60,885 nucleotides of DNA from an uncultured Eubacterium sp. (GTDB lineage Bacteria; Bacillota; Clostridia; Lachnospirales; CAG-274), in assembly GCA_900543365.1 (NCBI GenBank), contig UQRG01000001.1, positions 1 to 60,885 of the forward strand. Reading direction: 5' to 3'. The translations under genes and the position numbers were made by a program. Position 1 is the first letter of the stretch. Each line of letters begins with the position of its first letter. Of this stretch, positions 35,457-43,714 are shown one piece after another. The notes under the pieces were generated by a model. It searched no databases. It worked only from the letters and a program-made list of their open reading frames with translations, and was not told where the DNA came from.

Positions 35457-37772
35457 TTAATGACTTCCCATACCAATTAAACTATTAGAAAGTACATCAT
35501 TCATTTTAGATGCAAGTACAAATTCCATATTTGACTTACCATACTCTGGTATTTCCTCAAGGTCTGGAGCATTTTCAACTGGAATAATTACCTTTTTAAC
35601 ACCAGCTCTCTTAGCTGCAAGTACCTTTTCCTTAAGTCCACCAATAGGCATTACCTTACCTCTAATACTTATTTCACCAGTCATAGCAATGTCAGCTCTA
35701 ACAGGAGTCTTAGTCATAGCTGAAACCATAGCTGTTGCCATAGTTATACCTGCAGATGGACCATCTTTAGGAGTTGCCCCCTCTGGAATATGAATATGAA
35801 CATCAGTATTTTCAAAATCTATATTTACACCAAGTTCGTCAGCATTAGCTCTAATATAACTTAAAGCAGCATTGTAACTTTCTTCCATTACCTTGCCAAC
35901 ATTACCGGTAATCTTAAAGTTACCCTTACCCTTTAATATATTAACCTCTACATCAAGAGTTGTACCACCAACAGCAGTCCAAGCAAGACCTTTACAAATA
36001 CCGACTTCATCAGAAGCATTAATTGTTTCTGGCTTAAATATTCTCTTTCCTAAGAAATCAGTAATATTTTTCTTATTTATAACTACAGCATCTTCATTGT
36101 CTATCTGCATTTTAACTACTTTACGGCAAATCTTGCCAATAGTTCTTTCAAGACCTCTTACACCGGCTTCTCTTGTGTAGCTTTCAATTATATCTTCAAT
36201 AGCATCTTTTCTAAACTTAAGCTGAGCCTTAGTAAGACCATTAGCCTCAAGCTGTTTAGGAACAAGATAGTCAACTGCAATATGGTACTTTTCCTCAGCA
36301 GTATAGCTAGAAAGTTCAACAATTTCAAGTCTATCTCTTAAAGGACCGGGAATTGTATCAAGACTATTAGCTGTACAAATAAACATACAGCGACTTAAAT
36401 CATAATGCATTTCAATGTAATTATCTCTAAAATTAACATTCTGTTCACCGTCTAAAACTTCAAGGAATGCTGCACTTGGGTCACCCTTATAGTCCTTACC
36501 AAGTTTATCAATTTCATCAAGAAGAATAAGAGGATTTGATGCTCCAGCCTGCTTAATTGATGATATAATTCTACCTGGCATAGCACCTAAGTAAGTTCTT
36601 CTATGACCTCTTATTTCAGACTCATCACTTATACCACCTAAACTCATTCTAACATATTTTCTACCTAAAGCCTTTGCAATTGACCTGGCAATAGAAGTTT
36701 TACCAACACCAGGTGGTCCTACAAGACAAAGAATAGGTGCATTAGGGTTATCAACTTTTAATCTAACAGCAAGATATTCAACTATTCTTTCCTTAACCTT
36801 TTCAAGACCATAATGGTCTTTGTTAAGTATCTGTTCTGCCTTTTTAAGTGATGTACTTTCTTTAGTCATATTACCCCAAGGCAAAGCAAGAACATTGTCA
36901 ATATAATCTCTTATTACAGAACCTTCAGCAGTACCTGGATTTGCTCTTTGTAATCTCTTAAATTCTTTCTCAAGTTTTTCAATAGCATATTCCGGCATAT
37001 TAAGGTCTTTCATTTTTTCTCTATAGCCTTGAATTTCCTCACCAGTACCACTCTTGTCGCCAAGTTCCTCATTAATAGCTCTTAATTCTTCTCTAAGAAA
37101 ATATTCCTTTTGAGCCTCCTCAATATTTTCTTTAGCCTTAAGCATAATATCATTTTTAATATTAGCTCTCTGTATTTCCTTTTCAAGGAAAGCAATTGTT
37201 AATAAGGCTCTTTCATAAATATCAGTTTCTTCAAGAATACTTCTCTTGTCATCAAAATCGTGAACAAGTTTGTCACTAAGTTTATCACAAAGAGTGCCTA
37301 AATCATCAGTTTTCTTAACATCATTTACAAGAGCTGGCTGTAACATAGGCACAACTCCTCTAAACTTAGCAAACAAATCCTTTAATACATCAACAGATGC
37401 CGAAGTCTTAACTTCATCAGCAGTATTAATTTCCACCATAGTTTCAACTTGGCAAAGAGAATAATCATCACTTCTCTGAACACTGTCAATATAACCTCTT
37501 TCAAGACAATTTACAGACAGCTTAATACCACCATCAAGACCTCTCATTGCATTTTTAATTTTACTTACAGTACCAATTCTATAAATATTGTTTTCAGTAA
37601 TACCCTTAGCATAATCTTTAGCATTGACAAGCATTAAGTAACTGTCAGCACCCATAGAAGTCTTTACAGCTTCAATATACTCATCGTCATCTATACTAAT
37701 TGTGTAATTACACTTAGGATATGGAACTATTTCCTCAAGTAATAAAATTGGCATAATTCTTGTATTATCCAT
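35457..37772 (-). CDS. lon: ATP-dependent Lon protease (endopeptidase La)
   Basis: Walker A 'GPPGVGKTSIA', catalytic 'PKDGPSAGITMATAM', and an N-terminal LON domain. ATG 37772 follows GAGGTG by 6 nt; the track ATG 37790 has no RBS. Confidence 0.95.
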   Translation of the reverse strand: MDNTRIMPILLLEEIVPYPKCNYTISIDDDEYIEAVKTSMGADSYLMLVNAKDYAKGITENNIYRIGTVSKIKNAMRGLDGGIKLSVNCLERGYIDSVQRSDDYSLCQVETMVEINTADEVKTSASVDVLKDLFAKFRGVVPMLQPALVNDVKKTDDLGTLCDKLSDKLVHDFDDKRSILEETDIYERALLTIAFLEKEIQRANIKNDIMLKAKENIEEAQKEYFLREELRAINEELGDKSGTGEEIQGYREKMKDLNMPEYAIEKLEKEFKRLQRANPGTAEGSVIRDYIDNVLALPWGNMTKESTSLKKAEQILNKDHYGLEKVKERIVEYLAVRLKVDNPNAPILCLVGPPGVGKTSIARSIAKALGRKYVRMSLGGISDESEIRGHRRTYLGAMPGRIISSIKQAGASNPLILLDEIDKLGKDYKGDPSAAFLEVLDGEQNVNFRDNYIEMHYDLSRCMFICTANSLDTIPGPLRDRLEIVELSSYTAEEKYHIAVDYLVPKQLEANGLTKAQLKFRKDAIEDIIESYTREAGVRGLERTIGKICRKVVKMQIDNEDAVVINKKNITDFLGKRIFKPETINASDEVGICKGLAWTAVGGTTLDVEVNILKGKGNFKITGNVGKVMEESYNAALSYIRANADELGVNIDFENTDVHIHIPEGATPKDGPSAGITMATAMVSAMTKTPVRADIAMTGEISIRGKVMPIGGLKEKVLAAKRAGVKKVIIPVENAPDLEEIPEYGKSNMEFVLASKMNDVLSNSLIGMGSH

Positions 37773-37836
37773 TAACAACACCTCATTCATATATCAAACA
37801 TAATTATTCAAATCAAATGGCAAAACCAATATCATC

Positions 37837-37865
37837 AGTATACACGACACAGCCTTTATTTGCAA
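37837..37865 (-). promoter_or_regulatory. Sigma-A-type promoter upstream of lon
   Basis: Minus strand TTGCAA (37865-37860), 17 nt, TATACT (37842-37837). Confidence 0.5.
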
Positions 37866-37877
37866 GGGTTCAGTAAA

Positions 37878-39710
37878 TTATTTTTCTGCCAAAAGTTCCA
37901 TAATCTTGTTGCTTCTAGTTATAAATTCTGTCATAGCTTCTTGACTTAATGGCTTGTGGCTCATAACTGCAAGGTCATATATTTGCTTACAAAGAAGTTC
38001 TGACTCATCTTTTTTGCTATCCTTTATATCAAGTAAAAGTTTAACAACATTATTATTAGCATTAAGCACAAGAGTTTCATCACTAGGGAAAGTTCTGTTA
38101 TCCATACCATACATAGCAGACATTTCCTGCATTCTTCTTGACTGTTCGCTAAGTTCAATCATAGCTGAAACATCAGCTGACTTAAGATTTTCAACTTTAA
38201 TCTTAACATCATTTTTGCCTAAAGCTGACTTAAATAAGTTTTCAATAGCCTCTGTATCAATATTAGCTTCTGTATCAGACTTAAGCATTTCAGATACAGC
38301 AGAATCAATTCTTTCAAACTTAACACCACCACTATAAGCCTCAAGGAAACTTACATAAGGTACATCAAGTTTAGTATCAAGAACAACTGCATCCATACCC
38401 TCATCATTAAACATCTTAATGTACTGAGCCTGCTGTTGCTGGTCAGAAACATAGAATACTTTGTTTTCAGCTTTATCCTTATTTTTATCAGTATATTCAG
38501 TTAAAGTAACATACTTATCATCAGTTGTCTTAAATAAAAGACAATCCTTAATCTTTTCGTAGAAGTCGTGTTCTCTCATAGCACCATATTTAATAAATGG
38601 ACTAATATCTTCCCAATATTTTTCATAATCCTCTCTGGACTTCTTAAACATAGAATTAAGTTTATCTGCAACTTTCTTAGTAATATACTTACTCATTTTA
38701 GTTACATAACCATCATTCTGAAGAAAACTTCTACTTACATTAAGAGGTAAATCAGGACAATCAATAGTACCCTTTAAGAGTAAAAGAAATTCAGGAATAA
38801 CTTCCTTTAAGTTGTCAGCTATAAACACCTGATTGTTAAACAATTTAACTTGACCTTCAATAGATTCAAGCTCGTGCTTTAACTTAGGGAAATAAAGAAT
38901 ACCTTTTAATCTAAATGGATAGTCCATATTAAGATGAATCCAGAATAATGGGTCGTTAAAATCTGTAAATACCTTATGATAAAAAGCTTTGTACTCCTCA
39001 TCAGTACACTCGCTAGGCTTTTTAAGCCATAATGGATTAGTTTCATTTACCGGCTTATCTTCCTGCTCATCATCTTTTTTAGAAACATCTTCAAAGTAAA
39101 TTTCAATAGGCATAAAGCTACAATACTTTGCTAGAATTTCCTTTAACTTCCAAGCATTTAAAAATTCCTTGTTTTCATCACTTACATAAAGAGTAATTGT
39201 TGTACCTCTGTTAAGTCTGTCACTTGAATCCATTTCATATTCAATACCACCGTCACATACCCATTTAGCACTTTCAGTATCAGCAACATAGCTCTTAGAA
39301 TCTATTTGTACCTTTTCAGCTACCATAAAAGCAGAATAAAAACCTAAACCAAAGTGACCAATAATGTCACTACCATTTTCAAACTGGTCTTGATACTTAG
39401 TAATAAAATCAGTAGCACCTGAAAAAGCAATTTCAGTAATAAACTTCTTAATTTCATCAGCAGTCATACCAATACCATTATCAATAATCTGTATTGTCTT
39501 AGCCTTTTCGTCAAGTCTTACAACTACCTTAAGCTTTTCGTTTTCATCAAGCTCAAACTTTCCCATTGATGCAAGCTTTTTAAGCTTAACAATAGCATCG
39601 CAACCATTACTTACAAGTTCTCTTAAAAAAATATCTGTGTCTGAATATAACCACTTCTTAATAATAGGGAAAATATTTTCACTGTTAATTGATAAATTAC
39701 CCTTTTCCAT
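37878..39710 (-). CDS. htpG: Hsp90-family chaperone HtpG
   Basis: GHKL ATPase 'FLRELVSNGCDA', 'IGHFGLGFYSAFMVA'. 610 aa with an AAGGAG RBS. Confidence 0.95.
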   Translation of the reverse strand: MEKGNLSINSENIFPIIKKWLYSDTDIFLRELVSNGCDAIVKLKKLASMGKFELDENEKLKVVVRLDEKAKTIQIIDNGIGMTADEIKKFITEIAFSGATDFITKYQDQFENGSDIIGHFGLGFYSAFMVAEKVQIDSKSYVADTESAKWVCDGGIEYEMDSSDRLNRGTTITLYVSDENKEFLNAWKLKEILAKYCSFMPIEIYFEDVSKKDDEQEDKPVNETNPLWLKKPSECTDEEYKAFYHKVFTDFNDPLFWIHLNMDYPFRLKGILYFPKLKHELESIEGQVKLFNNQVFIADNLKEVIPEFLLLLKGTIDCPDLPLNVSRSFLQNDGYVTKMSKYITKKVADKLNSMFKKSREDYEKYWEDISPFIKYGAMREHDFYEKIKDCLLFKTTDDKYVTLTEYTDKNKDKAENKVFYVSDQQQQAQYIKMFNDEGMDAVVLDTKLDVPYVSFLEAYSGGVKFERIDSAVSEMLKSDTEANIDTEAIENLFKSALGKNDVKIKVENLKSADVSAMIELSEQSRRMQEMSAMYGMDNRTFPSDETLVLNANNNVVKLLLDIKDSKKDESELLCKQIYDLAVMSHKPLSQEAMTEFITRSNKIMELLAEK

Positions 39711-39765
39711 AAAACAACACTCCTTAAATTATAACAAAATCTAAAATTGTATTCTCCTATATATA

Positions 39766-39793
39766 ATTATACATACAAGTTTATAAATGTCAA
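39766..39793 (-). promoter_or_regulatory. Consensus sigma-A promoter of htpG
   Basis: Minus strand TTGACA (39793-39788), 16 nt, TATAAT (39771-39766). Confidence 0.7.
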
Positions 39794-39800
39794 GTGTTTT

Positions 39801-39827
39801 TTAGCACTCATTTTAAAAGAGTGCTAA
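39801..39827. promoter_or_regulatory. Perfect CIRCE element (HrcA operator)
   Basis: TTAGCACTC (39801-39809), N9, GAGTGCTAA (39819-39827). This is identical to the canonical CIRCE consensus. It lies 7 nt upstream of the htpG -35. Confidence 0.85.
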
Positions 39828-39979
39828 TAAAATACTTTTGTTTTTTCAAAATAAATATTTTTAGATTCTCTTTTGTAATATTTTATCAATTTTATTAATA
39901 TCATAAATAGCATTAACATTATTTTAAATATGTTATATTATAATACTATATATGTATTTTAAAAGAACGGATGATTTTT

Positions 39980-40303
39980 ATGAAAAAAACTTTAAGTTTT
40001 TTAGTTTCAACTATTATTTTATTTACTACAGCAATTATAACATCGCCTATTGCTCAAGAGCCTAATAATTTTATTAGATAAGCATACTATTCCTATATAT
40101 CTTACAATAATGTTGTTATAATGCAAAATATCAATTACAAAATCTGTAAAGTCAAGTTACAATAAAATCTACAAAAAAATAACACTGGGGAAACATATAT
40201 ATACAACAATGGGGCAATTACTTCTCAAGCTTCATATACAGACACTGCAACATTATCAACAACATACAATACTTGTTTTAAATCATATACAAAAAACTAT
40301 TAA
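39980..40303 (+). pseudogene. Remnant of a signal-peptide protein gene with two internal in-frame TAA codons
   Basis: ATG 39980 gives MKKTLSFLVSTIILFTTAIITSPIAQEPNNFIR*. The same frame continues with only TAA at 40079, 40163 and 40301. Weak RBS and low-complexity sequence. Confidence 0.4.
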
Positions 40304-40333
40304 CATAATATAACTGCAAATGAGGCAATAATT

Positions 40334-41440
40334 ATGAAACATTTATTTTACATTTTACTATCAACTGTTATTGTATTTTCTTCCACTTCTATAGCAATTG
40401 CAGATGAGAATACTGTACCAATTGATACTAACTACAATACCAATAACACTTCACAAAACTATTCTGAAATATACAAGGCAGGTATTTATCAATAAGATAC
40501 AGCAATTCCTACGGGAACTTATGTTATATTTGCAGAAGAAAATAAAATCGGTAGCTGTAGAGTATACGATAAGACAGAAGATGAAGATATATACAAGGAG
40601 TCCTTTGACTACTGTACAATAGCAAGAATTGCTTATAATAGCTATGTTGAACTTAAAAATGCCTACGCAATTCCTAGTGATGAAGTTGGACCTCTTGATA
40701 TAACAAGAAACGGTGTGTTTAGAGTTGGTATTGATATACCTACTGGTAAACTTACATTTAAAAAACATAACAATACAACTTTTTCAAGTGTAGAAAATTT
40801 TTATATGGGAACATTAACTTATTACAAGAGTTCAATTATAAATGATGACATTGATTTTTGCGATATTGATGTTAAAGATAATTCATTTATTGCAAAATAT
40901 AACTGTGATATTTATAAAAATGGTACACTTATTTCAGAATATAATCCTTTAGCAACATACAATGATACAACTGAATTAAGCAATGTATCTTTAAATTTAA
41001 AAAACAAGGTTACAACAGATATTGCTATCATCAGAACTGCTGTTACCAGCACAAGCGTTAATTCTGATAAATTACAGAAAAAGTATATAAGCGAAATGGT
41101 TGATAATTGGAAAAATCTTGCTACTAATGATTGCGACAATGTATATATTCAAAAAAACTATGACGCATTAATTCTCTTAAGTGATTATTTTAGATTAGTT
41201 AGAAACACAAGACAAAGAGATGATTCAACTGAATATAGTGCAAAAGGAAACGGAACACCAGGTGTTTCATCAAAATTCCATAATGAAATAACTACATCAT
41301 TAAATAAAGAGCTTTATAAACTTATTAATGCAAATAGCTTTAATGATATTGATGTTGTTACAAGCTCAATAGTTTCTTGTATATCAGCAACATCAATTAA
41401 TTTAAACAATATTTCTCCAAACTTTAGATTTGGATATTAA
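40334..41440 (+). pseudogene. Secreted protein gene interrupted by one in-frame TAA (codon 54)
   Basis: ATG 40334 gives MKHLFYILLSTVIVFSSTSIAIADE... (a signal peptide). TAA at 40493-40495, then the same frame is open to 41440. The track ORF 40715-41440 is its 3' part. The motif G-[IV]-[YF]-x-x-x-x-x-IPTG occurs twice, and the first copy contains the stop. Confidence 0.65.
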
Positions 41441-41450
41441 TATTATATTA

Positions 41451-41479
41451 CTAGGAGCAGAAATGCTCCTAGTTTTTTT
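41451..41479 (+). terminator. Rho-independent terminator after the secreted-protein (pseudo)gene
   Basis: CTAGGAGCA-GAAA-TGCTCCTAG followed by TTTTTTT. Confidence 0.85.
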
Positions 41480-41482
41480 ATC

Positions 41483-41511
41483 AAAAAAGAGCCTTTGCAA
41501 AACAAAAGCTC
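41483..41511 (-). terminator. Terminator after the 67-aa gene
   Basis: GAGC(C/T)TTTG hairpin, followed on the minus strand by TTTTTT. Confidence 0.65.
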
Positions 41512-41539
41512 AAAATTAAATACTCTTAAATACTAAAAA

Positions 41540-41743
41540 TTAAATTTCAAAAAAGCTATCAGCTGAACCCTCACCATTAAATACATAATAGCATCTGCCT
41601 TCTTCAGGTTTACAATAAAGTTCAACAGTATCTAAGTCCTTAATTTTATTACCCTCAGATTTCCAAATTTCCTTAGCAGTTTCCATTAACTTCTTTGTGT
41701 CTACACTGTTACCCTTAAACTGAACATATAATTCACTTTTCAT
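41540..41743 (-). CDS. Small conserved hypothetical protein (67 aa; resembles DUF6465 as I recall it)
   Basis: Strong RBS GAAAGGAG and no TM. 'ELYVQFKGNSVDTKKLMETAKEIWKSEGNKIKDLDTVELYCKPEEGRCYYVFNG'. The family name is from memory and unverified. Confidence 0.7.
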   Translation of the reverse strand: MKSELYVQFKGNSVDTKKLMETAKEIWKSEGNKIKDLDTVELYCKPEEGRCYYVFNGEGSADSFFEI

Positions 41744-41813
41744 ATGTATTCTCCTTTCTCTTCAGTGATAATAAAAGTAATATTTCTATAAACCTATAAT
41801 AGCCCATTTTAAG

Positions 41814-42452
41814 CTATTTGTCAATATTGTTACCCATTAATTCAATTTTAGATACAGAAACTTCGTAAGCTGTTCGTTCAATAATCTCCTCATCAGATAT
41901 TTTTTTCTGATAACAACGGGATTGCATACGACCTGTTACAACAATGTTACTTCCAACTTCAAGACTAGAAGCATATTTTGCATTTCTTCCCCAACATATA
42001 ATAGGTATGTAGTCTGACTTATTATAAGCCCTATTAACAGCCAACAGAATATCAGCTATTTCTCTGCCAAAAGGAGTAGTTCTATACACAGGAGGTTTAC
42101 ATACAAAACCATTTAACTTAATAGAATTAATATCCTTTGGCTTTTCTTCATCATTAATGGAAATTTCCTTAGCAAATACAGTAAGTATAAGATGAGTTTT
42201 ACCCTCATCATAGTTATTATAAGACCTTAATTGTCCAGTAACAGTAACATACTGACCAGTATGTGCCTCAATATCAATTAGCAATCTTTCAGATATTGTA
42301 ACAGGCAAAGTATCAAATGTATCGCTTAATCTTCTTGAGCAAAGCATAAAACTATAAAATGCCTCACCATAAACTTGATGACTATAATTAAAATCAGATG
42401 CTATTTTTCCACTTAAAGTTATGTAATTGTTTTGAATGTTAATATTTTCCAT
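41814..42452 (-). CDS. Tandem OB-fold single-stranded-DNA-binding-like protein without an acidic C-terminal tail
   Basis: Two SSB-like halves: 'NYITLSGKIASDFNYSHQVYGEAFYSFMLCSRR...GQYVTVTGQLRSYNY' and 'NSIKLNGFVCKPPVYRTTPFGREIADILLAVNR...DYIPIICWGRNAKYASSLEVGSNIVVTGRMQSRCY'. ATG 42452 lies 5 nt after AAGGGAG; the track start is TTG. Confidence 0.7.
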   Translation of the reverse strand: MENINIQNNYITLSGKIASDFNYSHQVYGEAFYSFMLCSRRLSDTFDTLPVTISERLLIDIEAHTGQYVTVTGQLRSYNNYDEGKTHLILTVFAKEISINDEEKPKDINSIKLNGFVCKPPVYRTTPFGREIADILLAVNRAYNKSDYIPIICWGRNAKYASSLEVGSNIVVTGRMQSRCYQKKISDEEIIERTAYEVSVSKIELMGNNIDK

Positions 42453-42529
42453 TTTTTCTCCCTTTCCTATGTTCAATAAGTTACTTATATATTTTTATTC
42501 TGAATAAATAAATTTTAGAATAAAAATTA

Positions 42530-42557
42530 TTGACAATTATTAATATTGTGATATAAT
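42530..42557 (+). promoter_or_regulatory. Consensus sigma-A promoter of trpD
   Basis: TTGACA (42530-42535), 16 nt, TGA-TATAAT (extended -10; TATAAT 42552-42557). Confidence 0.75.
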
Positions 42558-42594
42558 TTAGCTAATTAAAGTGTAAAATCGGAGGCGAGATGTT

Positions 42595-43617
42595 ATGAAT
42601 ATTAAAGAATCTATTAACAAAGTTATTAAAGGCAATAACCTTACCATTGAGGAGTCAAAAGAAGTAATGCGAATTATGCTTAGTGGTGAGGCTACTCAAG
42701 CACAACTTGGCAGTTTCCTTACAGCCCTAAGAATGAAAGGCGAAACCATTGACGAAATAGTAGGTTGTGCAACAATAATGCAGGAACTTGCAGAACATGT
42801 AAAACCAAAGACAAAAATTGATTACATAGACTTAGTAGGAACAGGTGGTGACGGTGCCAATACATTTAATATTTCTACAACATCAGCTTTTGTAGCTGCT
42901 GGTGCCGGTGTGCCTATTGCAAAACACGGCAACAGAGCAATATCAAGCAAAAGTGGTGCTGCTGATGTACTTGAGGCTTTAGGTATAAACATTATGCTTG
43001 AAGCAAAAGATGTTGAAAAGTGTATTGAAGAAGTTGGTATGGGTTTTATGTTTGCTCAGATTTTTAATAAATCAATGAAAAATGTAGGTCAAGCAAGAAA
43101 AGATATGGGAATTAGAACTATATTCAACATTTTAGGACCTATATCTAATCCCAGTAACGCAAAAGGTGCTGTAATCGGTGTTTATAGTCCTACCCTTACT
43201 GAACCCCTAGCAAAGGCTATGCTTGCAATGGGTGTTGAAAGAGGTATAGTTGCTTGTGGTAATGGTTGTATGGACGAAATAACAAATATCGGTGTAACTA
43301 AAATATCAGAAATTAAAGATGGCAATGTTAAAACTTATGATATGCGACCTGAGTCATTTGGCATTCCTCTTGCAAAAGCTGAGGATATTTCTGGTGGTGA
43401 TTGCATAGTAAATGCAAAACACACTAGAGATGTTTTAAATGGTACTAAGGGAGCTAGGCGTGATATAGTTCTCCTTAATGCTGGTGCTGCTATTTATGTT
43501 GCTGGTATTACTAATAGCTATGTTGAAGCTATTAAAATGGCTGAATATTCTATAGATAGTGGTAAGGCTAATGCCGTTCTTGAAAATCTTATAAAATTCA
43601 CAAGCAATAAAAATTAA
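42595..43617 (+). CDS. trpD: Anthranilate phosphoribosyltransferase (stand-alone)
   Basis: 'GTGGDGANTFNISTT', 'AKHGNRAISSKSGAADVLEALG', 'NILGPISNP', 'GCMDEIT'. 340 aa. Confidence 0.9.
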   Translation: MNIKESINKVIKGNNLTIEESKEVMRIMLSGEATQAQLGSFLTALRMKGETIDEIVGCATIMQELAEHVKPKTKIDYIDLVGTGGDGANTFNISTTSAFVAAGAGVPIAKHGNRAISSKSGAADVLEALGINIMLEAKDVEKCIEEVGMGFMFAQIFNKSMKNVGQARKDMGIRTIFNILGPISNPSNAKGAVIGVYSPTLTEPLAKAMLAMGVERGIVACGNGCMDEITNIGVTKISEIKDGNVKTYDMRPESFGIPLAKAEDISGGDCIVNAKHTRDVLNGTKGARRDIVLLNAGAAIYVAGITNSYVEAIKMAEYSIDSGKANAVLENLIKFTSNKN

Positions 43618-43636
43618 TTCTTCATATAACACAATA

Positions 43637-43672
43637 TCCCCCTACTATTAATAGCAGGGGGATTTGTGTTTG
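43637..43672 (+). terminator. Terminator after trpD
   Basis: TCCCCCTACTAT...ATAGCAGGGGGA hairpin followed by TTTGTGTTTG. Confidence 0.75.
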
Positions 43673-43714
43673 TGCATATATTTCATTTAATAAACAAAAA
43701 CAAGTATTTTTACA

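Noticed and set aside
39824-39919. 31-aa ORF (MLMLFMILIKLIKYYKRESKNIYFEKTKVFY) on the minus strand, ending inside the CIRCE element.
   Set aside because: It has no RBS and an AT-driven hydrophobic/basic composition. It lies in a promoter region and looks like a chance ORF.
39980-41440. The idea that the four in-frame TAA codons indicate TAA reassignment or an alternative genetic code.
   Set aside because: TAA is the terminator of most well-supported genes in this window (for example glgB, sipL-like, ftsZ, accD, fabF). TGA (DUF2156, NagA-like) and TAG (glmS) also terminate genes at the expected protein ends. No conserved protein here needs read-through.
42521-42547. AATTATTgacAATTATT around the trpD -35 as an operator palindrome.
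   Set aside because: It is a 7-nt direct repeat, not an inverted repeat. It is made of very common AT-rich words, so there is insufficient evidence of function.
42595-43617. Interpreting the orphan trpD as a TrpD2/YbiB-type nucleic-acid-binding paralogue linked to the divergent SSB-like gene.
   Set aside because: The PRPP and anthranilate catalytic motifs of true TrpD (GTGGDG, KHGNR, SSKSGAADVLEALG, NxxGPxxNP) are all intact, whereas TrpD2 proteins are reported to have lost them. The adjacency is probably coincidental.
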